In this document: positions 26,695 through 42,480 of the stretch, piece by piece
Layout of the letters: every line of letters begins with the position of its first letter
How positions within the stretch are numbered: the stretch's first letter is position 1
NCBI GenBank assembly: GCA_951406725.2
Contig: OX597827.1
Location: forward strand, 1,550,001-1,614,000
Length of the DNA: 64,000 nt
Reading direction: 5' to 3'
DNA from: Octopus vulgaris
Taxonomy: Eukaryota
Made by a program: the position numbers and the translations under genes
Notes under the pieces: model-generated
Told to the model about the DNA's origin: nothing
The model's database searches: none
The model's input: the letters and a program-made list of their open reading frames with translations, nothing else

Positions 26695-26876
26695 TGATGA
26701 TGATGATAATAATAAAATGCAACAACAAAAGAACGAGACCTCAGTTTTAGACAAATAGAGGATTATTTATATATTAGGTAGTCATTATAGCACCTGGAAG
26801 TTTGAAGGTCGGAACGAAGAGCTACGATGTATTCTCGTCAGATTTTCATAGCGTCTGTTGCCATTAATATATATAT

Positions 26877-27390
26877 ATGGTACGTAAAAAGCACTATCCA
26901 ACTCGTACCGATGCCAGCGCCGCCTCCACTGGCTTCCGTGCTGGTGGCACGTAAAATACACCAATCCAACCGCACGACAGGCACCCATGCCAACCCCCTT
27001 TGCTTGCGAAGACATGTTGGGGCAAGCGAAATCGAAATCGAATTGAACCAGCCAGGATCCCTTGTCTGGTGGTACGTAAAAAGCACTATCCGACTCGTGG
27101 CCGATGTCAGCGCCGCCTCGACTGGCTTCCGTGCCGGTGGCACATAAAATACACCAATCCGACCGTGGCCATTGCCAGCCTCGCCTGGTACCCGTACAGG
27201 TGGCACGTAAAAAGTACCCACTACACTCACGGAGTGGTTGGCGTTAGGAAGGGCATCCAGCTGTAGAAACATTGCCAGATAAGACTGGAGCCTGGTGCAG
27301 CCTTTTGGCTTCCCAGATCCCCGGTCGAACCGTCCAACCCATGCTAGCATGGAGAACGGACGTTAAACGATGATGATGATGATGATGATG
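26877..27390 (+). mobile_element. RTE LINE 3'UTR with tandem about 63-nt modules and (GAT)n tail
   Basis: Repeated ggtggcacgtaaaa(a/t).cacc, then gttggcgttaggaagggcatccagc, then ggacgttaaacgatgatgat. Other copies at 4871-5170(-), 5325-5560(+), 11296-11390(-), 25962-26212(-). Confidence 0.75.
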
Positions 27391-27405
27391 ATATATATAT
27401 ATATA

Positions 27406-27554
27406 GGTGCAGGAGTGGCTGTGTGGTAAGTAGCTTGATTACCAACCACATGGTTCCGGGTTCAGTCCCACTGCGTGGCACCTTGAGCAAGTGTCTTCTA
27501 CTATAGCCTCAAGCCGACCAAAGCCTTGTGAGTGGAAACTGAAAGAAGCCTGTC

Positions 27555-27619
<65 letters not shown>

Positions 27620-27821
27620 TGTGTCTGTGTTTGTCCCCCCAACATCGCTTGACAACCAATTCTGGTGTGTTTACGCCCCTGTCACTTAACGGTTCGGCAA
27701 GAGAGACCGATAGAATAAGTACTAGGCTGACAAAGAATGAGTCCTGGGGTTGATTTGCTCGACTAAAGGTGGTGCTCCAACATGACTGCAGTCAAATGAC
27801 TGAAACAAATAAAAAAGAATA
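27406..27821 (+). mobile_element. Family A SINE, full length; an inverted left half follows at 27888-28045
   Basis: Same head and tail as the other copies. Confidence 0.85.
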
Positions 27822-27824
27822 GAT

Positions 27825-27872
<48 letters not shown>

Positions 27873-28372
27873 CATAGATGTATAAATAACGGGCTTCTTT
27901 CAGTTTCTGTCTACCAAATCCGTTCACACGGCTTTGGTCAACACAAAGCTATGGTAGAAGACACCTGCCCAAGTCACCATGCAATGGGATTGAATCCAGA
28001 ACCTTGTGGTTGGGAAGCTTCTTACCACACAGCCAAGAATGCACCTGGTATTTCTAGAAGTTTATTTTAAATTGTGTTTATGACATTAATTCCAGGGGTA
28101 TTGAGCACTCAGTGTAAAAAATCTATTGCCACAAATTTAACTCTTCAGTTGATGGAGAATCAGACATCCATATATGTTTAGGAATATTGAAATGGTAGAA
28201 ATGTGATAGCATCTTGGGATTGATAAAGCTTTTCTTTATGTGTTTATTTAAATTATAGTTTCATTTTATTGCATATGCATCTTCAGTTTTGTAGGGATTC
28301 TATATCATATATATATAAATATATATACACACACATATATACATATATATATATATATACATTTATATATAT

Positions 28373-28447
<75 letters not shown>

Positions 28448-28690
28448 GATAGATAGTTAGATAGATAGATATATACACATGCATATATACATATATGTGT
28501 GTGTGTGTGCATATATATATATATATTCTTTTACTCATTCCAACCATGTGGCTGCTGTCATGCTGGAGAATCACACAAATATATGCACACATATATATTT
28601 ATAAATGTATATAAATGTATATATACGGGTCTGTGTGTGTGTATATACACACACACACACACATCTATATAGATACATAGATAGATAGAC

Positions 28691-28723
<33 letters not shown>

Positions 28724-28939
28724 AAAAGATATACAGATATATACACAGAGATAGATATTGAGATATATGTAGTTATTGAAGATATTCATAGATAGATATA
28801 AATGGAGTGTAATTAGTAAAATATATGAGTTCATAGGGGAAGAGCTAATATTCTTGGTTAGAAATGCAGCTCCCAGGGTGCATGAAAGCTTTTTATGTGG
28901 ACTTCCAACCAAAGATCACACTGTGTCTATCTATCTATA

Positions 28940-28996
<57 letters not shown>

Positions 28997-28997
<1 letters not shown>

Positions 28998-29224
28998 GTT
29001 TCTTTGCTGCCCACAAGGGGCTAAACATAGAGGGGACAAACAAGGACAGACAAAGGGATTAAGTTGATTACATCGACCCCAGTGTGTAACTGGTACTTAT
29101 TTAAGTGACTCCGAAAGGATGGAAGACTAAGTCGACCTCAGTGGAATTTGAACTCAGAATGTAGCAGCAGAACTAAATACCGCTAAGCATTTCGTCTGGC
29201 ATACTAAAGTTTCTGCCAGCTCGC

Positions 29225-29225
<1 letters not shown>
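28997..29225 (-). mobile_element. tRNA-derived SINE family D
   Basis: Head ggcgagctggcagaaac..gagttcaaattcc, core gaggtcgactt..ttccatcctttcgg..aaataagtaccag. Second copy at 44175-44382(-). Confidence 0.75.
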
Positions 29226-29258
<33 letters not shown>

Positions 29259-30772
29259 ACCTACCTACCCATCTATCTATCTTTCTATCTATCTATCTAT
29301 CTGTCTATCTATCTTTCTATCTATCTATCTGTCTGTTTGTCTGTGTGTCTGACTATCTTTCTGCCTGCCTGCCTCTCTTTCTCTCTCTCTCTTTCTCCCT
29401 CTCTCTATCTATCAATCTATCTATGTAGACGATCTTGAGTTAACTCTGCAAGAATTGTAATCCATTTTATAGAAGTGGCATTAGTAAGTAGGTGGTGCTA
29501 ATGGTACCAATGGTTTTGTTTTGAAGGTATTTAGAATGGGGTGTGGATGGTGACGATGAGGGAGGTGGTGTTGGTGATGGTGGTGGTGGTGGCTGTAACT
29601 GTGTCGACTGTGTGAGGTTGGAAATAGTGTGATAGTGTTGTTGTTGATGTTGGTAGTGCTGGTGGCAGTGATGGTGGTGGTGGTGGTTGTGGTCGATGTT
29701 GTGGTAGTGGTAATGGTGGTGGTAATGGTCGTGGTGGTGTTGGTGGTAATAGTGGTGGTAATGGTCGTGGTGGTGGTTGTGGTGGTGGTGTTGGTGGTTG
29801 TGGTGGTGGTGGGAGTGATAATGACTGTAGTGGTGGTGGTGGTGGTGGTGGTGATGGTAGGTGGTGGTGGTGGTTGTGGTGGATGTTGTGGTGGTAATGG
29901 TAGTGGTAGTGTAATGATGGTTTTATGGTTAGTAAATTGGTGGTTGTGGTGGTGGTGTTGGTGGTTGTGGTGGTGGTGGGAGTGATAATGACTGTAGTGG
30001 TGGTGGTGGTGGTGGTGGTGATGGTGGTGATGGTAGTGCTGCTGCAATTGATGGTTGTAGTGTTGGTGATTTCCATTGCTTCAATTTATTTTTATTTAAA
30101 AATTTTTGCATTCTTTGTTTCTTTTTGTTTTAATTTGTTTTTGAAGGTTTGTTTTTCCAGTATTCAATTTGGAATACTTATAAAATAGCACTTAGAAATG
30201 TGTGTGTGTATGTATGTGTATATATATATGAATGTATGTAAGAATCTATATATGTTTATATGAATACATATACTTGTATATAAATTATATATATATATAT
30301 TATATATATATATATTATATATATATATATATACACAAATAATAAACATATATATGAGCATATATACATACATATGTGTATGCGTGTGTGTATATATATC
30401 TATAAATGCATGCCTATACATACATATATATATATGTATGTATATATATGCATGTGTGTGTATGTGTGCGTGTGTGTGTATATATATCTATAGCTATCTG
30501 TCTATTTATTTATGTCTCTATCTATATATATGTATATATGTATACACACACACATACAGACACTCACACACACACTCACACACACAGGTATGTATAGTGT
30601 TACATAGATATTCACATATATGTGTGTGTATATGAGTATATATTTATCTATGTGTGTATTCTATACACACAAGCATACATATATGTATACACTATATACA
30701 CATACATACATACATATATGTATATTTATATGTATATGTATATGTATATACATATATATAAATATGTATATG

Positions 30773-30811
<39 letters not shown>

Positions 30812-31364
30812 TCCTAAAATGTTGTTAAGTGTTACATATATATGTAAACCTATATATGTCTATGCATACTCATATCTGCAATATTTACACATTCCTGTCT
30901 ATGCGTGTGTATCGATGCATACTAACACTGCATTCCCACACATACAGACCCATAGAAATATACACACAGACACATGTATATATACACATATTCACACGTA
31001 ACATTTTAAGAATAATCTTTTCTTTGTTCTCTCTTCTCGCTTTACACTTTTCTTAAAATTTCCCATTTTTTTTTACTTGTTTCTTCTTTTTTTCTTTTCT
31101 CCTTTCCAGCCCAATGGATCTCTTGGAGGAAACCAAAAGGAGGATAAAAGTACCTGCTGGCTGTATTCGTTGAAGCCTCATCTTTGCATTTAGCTCATGT
31201 GTGTATGTAGCTGTGCATGTATGTATGTTTGTATGTATGTATGTATGATGTATGTCTGTTCGCATGTATGTATGATGCATGTTTGTATGTTTGTATATAT
31301 GTATGTATGATGTATGTATATCTATGTATGTACATATATGTATGTATGTTTATATGTATCTATG

Positions 31365-31439
<75 letters not shown>

Positions 31440-32334
31440 GTACATATGTTTGTATGTATGTATGTACATATATATATATGTGTATATGTATGTATGTTTG
31501 TATGTATATATATATATACATATATATATGTGTGTATATGTACATATGTTTATATGTATGTATGTATGTATGTACATATGTATGTATGCATGTATGATGT
31601 GTGTATGTATTATGATATGTATGTATATATGTATGGTATGTATGGATGTGCATATGTATGCATACATGTAATGCATGTGTGCATGCTTGTATGGTAGGTA
31701 TGCATATATGTTTGTTTACATCTATGTCTTTCTACCTGTCTCTACATGCATGGGTATGTATGTTTTTGTGCATGTACATATATATGTATGCATGCATGTA
31801 TGTTTGTAAGTATGTATGAATGGTATGTATGTAATATATGTCTGTATGATTGTATGGTATGTATGCATATGTTTATTTGCATCTATGACTGTCTGTATGT
31901 GTATGCATGTGTGTGTATGTATGTATGTATGTATGTATGTATGTATGTATGTATGTATGCATGTGTATGTATGTATGTATGTATGTATGTATGTATATAT
32001 GGTGTATATGTGTGTATGCATGTATGGCACTTACTCATATATGTTTGTTTGCCTGTATCTGTATGTATGTGTATGTGCGTATTTATGGAGGTAGTCTTTA
32101 TACTTATCTTTAAATCCTTAAAAATGTTATAGCCCGAGGGCCGCGGCCATGCTCGGGCACCACTTATGCATAAGTGTGTAGGTATCTCTCTATGGGTGAA
32201 TGTATGAATGCTTGCGTATGTTTTTCCATATCTATTTATGGATCAGCCAATCTATCCAACTATTTATCAATCTATCTGCCTCTCAGTCTGTCTGTCTGAC
32301 TGTCTGTCAATCTATCTATTTATCTATTTATCTG

Positions 32335-32886
32335 GGGCCATGCTGGGGCACTGCTTTAAAGGGATTTTTTAGTCAAAGAAATCTAACCCAGGACTTATTC
32401 TTTGTAAGCCTAGTACTTACTTTCTCGGTGTTTTTTGCTGAACCGCTATGTTATCAGGATGTAAACACACCAGTAATAGTTGACAAGCGATGGTGGCAGG
32501 GACAAACACAGACACAAAGACATACACACATAAATACAAGCATACATACATTCAAATATATATATATATATATATATATACTCTTTTACTCTTTTATATA
32601 TGGAGACTATATAATCAAAGTAAGCAACAAGAATATCTTCGGTAATTTGGTACGATCATTTCACACTACATCATTTTAATCAACATTGTACGTTTTAGAT
32701 CAGTTATATATCATATATATATGACAGGCTTCTTTCAGTTTCCATATACCAAATCCACTCGCAAGGCTTTGGTCAGCCCGAGGCTATAGTAGAAGACACT
32801 TGCCCAAGGTTCCATGCAGTGGGACTGGAACTGGAAGCTACGTGATTGGTAAGCAAGCTACTTACTACACAGCCATTCCTGTGCCT
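32335..32886 (-). mobile_element. Family A SINE with a PLE-type fragment (32608-32700) in its internal microsatellite
   Basis: Reverse complement of the family A head and tail. The insert matches 54463-54550. Confidence 0.75.
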
Positions 32887-32924
32887 ATATATAAATATAT
32901 AAATGTATATATGGGTACATATAT

Positions 32925-33079
<155 letters not shown>

Positions 33080-33447
33080 CCACTTTAGCTGTTAACTTTA
33101 TAACTGAATTATAAATGAATTGAATTAGCAATTAAACTAAAGTTGATCAAAGAATACATTAATGTGTATTTTTTTCAAACATGTTTGATCAAAGAGTAAA
33201 AAATAATTACCCAAGTTCTGAGATGGTGATTGTGGTTGTTGTTTGATTTGAACCGATACCTTATAATAAATGCCTCAAGGTGTTTTGTCCAAACGAAGTT
33301 TTAAACTCACCTCTTAATTCAATTTCTGTTTTCCTGATTGTGTTTCATGTAACTACACTGTCTTATGTCCTCTTTACATTTTATGATATTTAAAACATGA
33401 TTTTTGATAAATGTACAGAAACATATATACGTATGTATACATATCCA

Positions 33448-33485
<38 letters not shown>

Positions 33486-33515
33486 AATATTATATATATT
33501 ATATATATGTATATA

Positions 33516-33546
<31 letters not shown>

Positions 33547-33563
33547 GTATATATATATGTATG

Positions 33564-33594
<31 letters not shown>

Positions 33595-33789
33595 ATATAT
33601 ATATATATATATATAATGGCGCAGGAGTGGTAGTGTGGTAAGTAGCTTGCTTACCAACCACATGGTTCCGGGTTCAGTCCCACTGCGTGGCACCTTGGGC
33701 AAGTGTCTTTTACTATAGCTTCAGGCCGATCAAAGCCTTGTGAGTGGATTTGGTAGACGGAAACTGAAAGAAACCCATCGTATATATGT

Positions 33790-34450
33790 AGAGAGAAAAG
33801 TTAGGCATAAGAGGAATCAGATGTGGTGTGCAAGAGAAATGGCTGCACTGGTATGGTGGTTGTGTGGACGAGGACAGCTGTGTAAAGAAATACTGATCTC
33901 TAACTGTGGAGGGAGTCTGTGGTAGATGTAGACCCAGGAAGACATGATTTGAGGTGGTGAAGCATGATCTTCAAACCTTAAGTCTTGCAGAAGCAATGAC
34001 TGGTGACCAAGACCTTTGGCAATGGGCTGTGCTTGAGAGGTTCCATCAAGCCTAGTACACCCATACTGGTGGCATATAATGAACATTGTTTGAATGTTGG
34101 GTTTCACAGAGGCAAAATAGCTGAGTCCCTTTTGTGTGTTGGTTCTAACGGAGGCAATGACCAAGACCTTTGGTATTATGTCATGCTTGAAAAGAAGACC
34201 CATCGAGCTGAGAAAAATTGCAGTCGTGGCAGATACCAGTGTCATGTAAATGCACCCCGGTGTCATGCAAATGGCACCAGTGTTGGTGATAGGTAAAAGC
34301 ACCCATTACACTCTCAGAGTGGTTTGCATCAGGAAAGAAAACCATGCCAAATGAGACCAGAATCTGGTGCAGCCTTCCAGCATGCCAGCCCAGTCTAACC
34401 GTCAAAACCATACCAGCATGGACAACGGATGTTAAATGATGATGATGATG
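33790..34450 (+). mobile_element. RTE-clade LINE 3' end
   Basis: Translation REKLGIRGIRCGVQEKWLHWYG..VEGVCGRCRPRKT*FEVVKHDLQTL..DQDLWQWAV, then 3'UTR and (GAT)n tail. Confidence 0.8.
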
Positions 34451-35645
34451 AGGAGGAGGAGGAGGAGGAGGATGATGATATTTTGATGTATTCTTTATAT
34501 ATTTTTTATATTTTTTCATATTTTTTAATATTTTTATATTATTTTAATATTTTTTTTAATATTTGCTGATATACAAACATGTGATTGTTACATTTGACCA
34601 TAGATGTGTACGATCAGGATTGAACTAACATCAAACATCAATCACAACAACGGCAACAGCATGAACAACTGCCACAGATGCAGCAGCAAAAATGACAACA
34701 ATGTAGAAGCAACAGTTAAGCAGCTGCAGTAACAACAACAACAAGCAATGACAGCAACAGTAATGATGACAACAACAACAATATCTGTCTCATCAGCAAC
34801 AACGACAATGATTTCAGTGACAAACAACAATAACAACAAGTGTAACATCAACAATGACAACAACACCATCATCACAACTACAACACCAACAAAAAAACCA
34901 GCAACCACAACACCAACACTTCCACCACCACCAGCAGCAACTACATCATCACAACCCTAAACAACAACAACAGCACCACCAACAACAATGTCAACAAAAA
35001 AGACCAATACCACAACAACCCTATCAACAACAATAACAGCAACAGAAGCAGCAGCAAGGCTACAGAAGCTATTTCAATACCAACAGTTTTTGTAAAATAG
35101 TTACAGAAATTTAATCAATAAGACTTACCCATGCTAATATCACACCCATGTCTGACATTCCACATGGGGCTAACTCACTATCCCAGTTTTTAACATACAA
35201 TCCATAACAGTAAACTTTTTGCATCTACACAAGACTCATGCCTCCTATTAATGTCTATGTCAGTGCTATGTAGTGCTGTGTGGATTATACAGCTATGTAT
35301 ATCCACAACAAAATCTGACACGCTTCATGATGTTCACTCTCTCTTTTATTTAGCCACACATATACAGCAATACTTTGACACACAAACATTGCAGACTACC
35401 CAGCAACTTGTAAAATCACATAAGCCAACACCATCACCGATGCTGGCCGATGCTTCTCTTCTTCTCTCACCATCCCGTCTCCAGCTACTTAAACCATTCA
35501 TCTGAAACTTCTTAATATAATACGTGTGTACATGTCTATGTAACTGTGTGTCAATGAGTGTATGTGTATCTGTATATGTGTATATTTTTTATTTATGTAT
35601 GCATATTCATATTCATACATATTTATACATACATACATTCATACA

Positions 35646-35728
<83 letters not shown>

Positions 35729-36508
35729 ATATTACATTTAATTTTGGTTCAGTCATTTTCTTACTTCTCTGATTTTTGCCTGTAGGTGCAAAGGGTTTTA
35801 AGGCAAACTTCTGTGTACACACTCACACACACACACACAGAAACACACACACACATGTATGTATGTATATATATATATATTTAGATAAATATACATATAT
35901 ACATGCATATGTACATATATATGCATACATACATATATATACACATACACATACATATGCATATATATATATATATGTATGTATATATATATGCAGATAT
36001 ATGTATTTATATATACAAGCATGCACACACACACAAATATATATACAATTATATACACAGGTATATATTTATATATACAGGTATATATATATATACATAC
36101 ATACATATATATATATATATAAATATATATACATACATACATACACACATACATTCATACATACATACACACATACACACATACACATGCACATACTTTG
36201 TATATTTCCCATACAATATCTTTCTAATATTCTTTGTATATGTATTGTGTGGGTGTGTATGTTTCATAGTTGATTCCATGCTGTGAGATATTTGCTGAAT
36301 TATTTTCACTTCCAAAGATAAGCTGATGGAGAGTTTGTTTTACAGCTTAAGCCACCCCAATACATAAGCTTATGTATGTATATACACTCACTCACACATA
36401 TATACACACATACCTGCATGCATACATATGTACACCACACACACACACACATACATGTTGAAAATGTGAGTATAAGTTCATAGGGGGTATGTATATGTTG
36501 GCATAACT

Positions 36509-36603
<95 letters not shown>

Positions 36604-37093
36604 CACAATCATTGTGATCATTTTCGTTTATATACTGATGTATATGAATGTTCACTTTCATAGGCTGGTTGACTTCTCTGAGGCAGTGTTTTCTAGCTGG
36701 ATGCCTTTCCTGTCAACAACCCTTTTAGTCATTTCTTATGATACGCAGTGATGCGTTACACCTAATCTGAAGTTGGTATATACACAGTAAAACTTATGAA
36801 CGGGATGAACATTGCACATACATACACATATATATACATACACATATATATATATATATATATAAGATAAAAATATTGGTATGTATATCGGTAACTGTGT
36901 GTATAAATGAATAAATGAAGATATATATATATGACACACACACACAGATGAATATATTTGTATGTGTGCATTTGTGTGTGTGCGAGCGTGTGCGTATATA
37001 TATATGTGTGTGTGTGAGTGTGTGTGTAGCACATCTAAATATTCTAATCGTGGAAACTATAATTAAACTAGTTGTAGAATAATTTTTGACACC

Positions 37094-37132
<39 letters not shown>

Positions 37133-37702
37133 CACATACACATATATATACATATATACATACACATGTAGGTGTCAAGAAAATTATGCTCACTTACTTT
37201 GAACTCTAATACAAATCCCCCACAAATCTTAAAGCGTTTTTCCTCCTCTTTCTCCCCCCTCTTTAATCCTTCACACTCAGCACTCCCCCGATCTTGCACT
37301 CATCTCTCACCCAACGCCCTCTTATTATACTTATCCCCTTCGCTTTAATTCATGCTCCACATCATAACCCCCCACTTTGTTCCATACACCCTCCAGCACT
37401 ATTTAACCCGAGTTATCTTCAGATTAGCTGGTTATGTTCTTATTGATGTTGTTGCTCTTGTTCTTGATGTTGTTGATATTGTTTATGTCGTTTGTTATTA
37501 TTGTTTGTTGTTGATGTTTTATTTTGTTTCTGTGTTGTTGTTTCTTTTATTGCTCTCCTTGGAATCTTACCAAATCCATTTCTCCAGAAACACATAAGAT
37601 ACATACTCTAAAAGATACTCACACATACACACGTACACGCACACACGCATGCACAGACACACACTCACACATACACACGTACGTACACACACACACATAC
37701 AA

Positions 37703-37733
<31 letters not shown>

Positions 37734-38056
37734 CACACAAACAAACACCAAAGCACAGCCTTATACACGAAGAAAGCAAGCATGCAAATAAGTATGTGAC
37801 TGTGTATATGTGTAAGTGGACATATTTTGTATATGTATGCTTATAAATATGTGTGTGTGTGTGTGAAGATGTATATATATGAATATATAAATACATATAT
37901 TTATATATATATATTATGTATATATATATATATATGTATGTATAAATGCAACTATATATACATATATCTGTATATATATATATATATATGTATGTATAAA
38001 TGCAACTATATATACATATATCTGTATATATATATATATATATATACACACACATG

Positions 38057-38087
<31 letters not shown>

Positions 38088-39203
38088 GCATGTATAAATG
38101 CATATATATATATATATATCTACATATATATTCATATATATATATGTATACTTACATATATACATATACATATATATAAATGCATAAACATATTTATACA
38201 TATATATTGTAGATGTACATGTATGTGCATGTGTGCGTGTGTGCATGTGTATGTGTGTGTCTGCGTGTGTATACGACCCCCTTCCCAACACACACACACA
38301 AACACACAGTGGTCTTGAAGCCACCATCTTAACTATTTACTACCTTCCACCAAAGATCTGTTCAAAACATGTTAACATCACACATCTAGAACAGTCAGGC
38401 GATGTTATGAAGGCAAAAATATTATTCCCTTTGTTATTAAAAGGCTTTGTGCATTGTTGAAAAATATCTGCATCAGAGAAGCTGCATAGAAAATATCTAT
38501 GCATATTTATATAGAAACACTTTCATTTATATAGAAACACATGCACACACACACACACACATGCACATGCACACACACTCACGCACACACATGCACACAC
38601 ACTCGCAGGTATGTATGTATATATATATATGTGTGTATGTATGTGTGTGCATGTATAGATTCATATATATATAAGTGTGTGTGTGTGTTCATATATATGT
38701 GTGTGTATATAGAGATATATATTCATATATACATACAAAGAAATGTATATGCATATATATTTATATATATATGAAGACATATGTAAATAGACATATATGC
38801 ATACAAACACACTCACACGCACATGCGCATGCACTCACAGATATATGTATATATGTCTGTGTGTACGTGTATGCATACATATATATATATGTCTGTGTGT
38901 GTGTACATATATGTGTGTGTGTGTATATATATGTAGATATATATTCATGTATACATACAAAGAAATGTATGTGTATATATATTTATATATATGTATATGA
39001 AAATATATGTAAATAGACATATATGCACACAAACACACACACAGACACACACACACTCACACACACACACACACATATGTACACACACACACTTATATAC
39101 ATCACAGTTGTAACATGCAAAAGACTGCAAGTTTCAATATATGTTTGTTATGCAAGTTCCTGTGCTTGTACACGAGTGTTTATAACACACACACACACAC
39201 ATT

Positions 39204-39250
<47 letters not shown>

Positions 39251-39563
39251 CCACGCATACATGTTGTTCCTCTAATGCTGTCAGAATTCGTTGAAATGAA
39301 CGTGAAACTTTCTTGATATCTGACTAACTTAATACTACAGCCTTGCTAGTATTATGTATATGCGTGCACATATGTGTGTATGTGTGTTTGTGTGTGTGCA
39401 CGCATGCACGTGTATGTTTGTGTATGTGTATACCCTCAAATATATGTATTAAATCTGTATGTGCGTGCATTTATATATGTGAGTGTGCCTGCATACATGT
39501 ATAGATGTATAAATTTATATATACAAATGTATATATGCCTGTAAGCAACCATCCATCCATCTG

Positions 39564-39656
<93 letters not shown>

Positions 39657-40551
39657 ATCTATTTATCTATGTGTCTGTATATATAGATACATATGAATGG
39701 GAGGGAGAGAGAGAGGGGGACTGATGGATATTTAAGTAAAATGATAGATAACATATTTATCTATACATATGCATTCATGCAAGTGTGTGTGTGTGCATGC
39801 ATGTGTATGTATGCTTGTATGTATGTAAATATCTGTGTTTGTGTGTGTGTCTGTATATACATACATGTATTGTATTAAATATATATATATCTACAGAGAG
39901 AGAGAGAAAGTATGAGAGAGGGAGAGAGAAGGAGAAAGAAAGAGATGAACATTGATATGGACAGATGGTGTAAAAATTTTACTTCACACACACTTCTTTT
40001 CCATTTTCTACACGCTTCCTGGTGACCAAGTACCAAATTCCACAACTCTAAAACAAATATCAGTGGTGAATTCCATGGTAGTCCAAAGAAGCTTATTAAT
40101 GATGATGTCCAGTTATGGGATTTAGGTTTGTAGAGTGATGCTCATGGCTTAGAAAATATCACCGTTTTGGACAGGACACAGATGTATCACAAGTAGCTTT
40201 TCCAAGTGATGGATATTTATACAAATAAATGGATGATGGCTGTCCACTTGTGACAGTGGAAGACCATCACTGATCATTAGCAATATTGTGCTCTCAGGAA
40301 AATAGGTTTTACACCTGTGGCCCAACTAATGATGGACAATTCACGTCTATAAATATTGTAGACCAACCGTCTCTTGTTCCCTGCACTGGTGACGTGTTTT
40401 TGAGCAACTTGCTGAAACCCAGCATGGAAATTGTTTCTTCAAATAACCAATTCCTTCCCTTATTTGTTTCAGGCAATGGTGAGGCTGACAAGCATATACA
40501 TATATATATCACCATCATCATCATCATCATTGTTATATATATATATGTATA

Positions 40552-40961
40552 CTAGCAGCTAAGCCCGGTTTCACCCGGTCTGTTTGGATGATGTGGCTGT
40601 GATCGTTTTCGGTTAGGCATAATCTATAACAGTGTTTCTCAACCATATCATTTTGGGCCCCCTGTTTTGATTGGAGCCTCCAGCTGTATGAAAATTTCCT
40701 GACCCCACCCCATCAGAAAACAGCTTCTAAGCAACTGGTTGTTTTAATGGCAGAAGAAAGAGGGGAATTCCATTAGAAAAGGTTTTAATCGATTTTCTCG
40801 GTAAGTATGGGGGTTAGGAATAAAATACAAACTTCATTCCAATCTATGCACCTGTCTCCACAGGTGTGTTATTTTTCACGTGAATCCACCCAGCCGTTTG
40901 GCTGTGAACCTCAAGACAAGAAAGAATACAACGATCGCCCATGTCCAATTTATATTATAGC
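40552..40961 (-). mobile_element. Non-autonomous Helitron-like element
   Basis: Minus-strand 3' end has a ccgg/ccgg hairpin about 8 nt before terminal CTAG|T. The 5' end reads (g)ctataatataaa, a degenerate TC start. Confidence 0.55.
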
Positions 40962-41112
40962 TATATAGGTGTGAGTGTGACGGTGAATGGCATAGTGGTC
41001 AGTGTGTTGCGCTCACAATAGCTAGATCGTGATTTCAGTTCTTAGATCAAAATCATAGATGCAGGCCTTTTCAGCAAAAGCTGAACACACATACATCATC
41101 TTTAACAGGCGC

Positions 41113-41159
<47 letters not shown>

Positions 41160-41230
41160 TAGTTAGTTTCCATTTCTAATTTATAAATATATATATATTG
41201 ATGGAATGCCACGCATCCATTTCCAAGTAA

Positions 41231-41266
<36 letters not shown>

Positions 41267-41839
41267 CATACATACATACATACATACATACAGAGAGGGA
41301 GAGAGAGAGTATAGAAGAGATAAGTTATCCTGGCAGAATTCAATTTGATTTAAAATGTAATGCTATAACCTTCAACTGAATACCAATGAAAGAAGCTTGT
41401 TTGAATTAGTTCACTTTGAAAACGTTGTAAGTGATGGACCCTTGATGAAATTGCAGTGACTAGGATGCATAATTGCATACAGAGTAAAGTGCAGTCGCTG
41501 CAGTCAAAACATATGCAGCTCAGTTATATATACTGTAGAAAACTTTAATGAAAAAGTTTTGGATGTGAATAAATCTCCATTCTCCTCTTCATTATCGATT
41601 ATATGTATATCAATTATATATATATATGATATAAATAATATATATATATATACATATATACATACGTACATGTACATATTTGCATCTATGCATATATATG
41701 TGCATATGTGAGCACAGTATGTCACGAAAGGTGTACAACAAGAAAATACGAAGTACAAGTATATGGAATAAGAAGTATTGAAAACAAGACAAACAACACA
41801 AAAAACGACCCTTCATCAGTGGTTGGCTGTTTTTTTATG

Positions 41840-41948
<109 letters not shown>

Positions 41949-42324
41949 ATGTGTGTGTGTATAGAGACATATATATGTGTGTGTGTATGTATACATATAC
42001 ATGCACTTAAAGCCTAGCTCTCCATTGGTTACAGTGAAATTAATGAGGAAGTGGCTGAGCACTCCACACATACACACACACACATGCATTCTTAGCATAA
42101 TTCTCAGGGACATTCAATGTGACAAGTCTGGCCCTTTGAAATACAGATGCTATTCATTTTTGCCAGCTGAGTGAACTGAAGAAATGGGAAATAAAGTGTC
42201 TTGTTCAAGCACACAATGTGCCACAGAGAATTGAACTCACAACCTGCTGCACATGAGCCAAATAGCCTAACCACTAAACCATGTTCCTTCACACACACAC
42301 ACATTAGAGTAGAGTTCATGTGGT

Positions 42325-42480
42325 TGTGTACAAGTAAATATACTCAGTCAATGAAATTCTAACGTAGTCTGATTTTTATGTTCTATTTTGTATTTATCAC
42401 AATTTTACAATATTACATATTATGATAAGACAAGTACTTTCATGTTTTCTGCAATCTTCAGGTTTACATAGTAGGAGTAT
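42325..42480 (-). mobile_element. PLE-derived fragment with HHR at 42465-42428
   Basis: aaac-CTGAAGA-t-tg..ca-t-GAAAG-TA-CTT-gtct, palindromic AAGTACTT stem III. Shares 'gtctgatttt..acaattttacaatatt' with 19345-19390. Confidence 0.6.

Noticed and set aside
26790-26860. Minus-strand CTGACGA in an island next to (TA)n
   Set aside because: No matching GAAA or stems found.
26877-27218. CRISPR-like repeat/spacer pattern
   Set aside because: The 'spacers' are homologous to each other, the array lies in an RTE 3'UTR in an animal genome, and there are no cas genes.
40286-40555. ORF with faint CUB-domain-like words (CGPTNDGQFTS, IVSSNNQFLPLFVS)
   Set aside because: Spacing is too short for a CUB domain, key residues are missing and there are no convincing splice sites.
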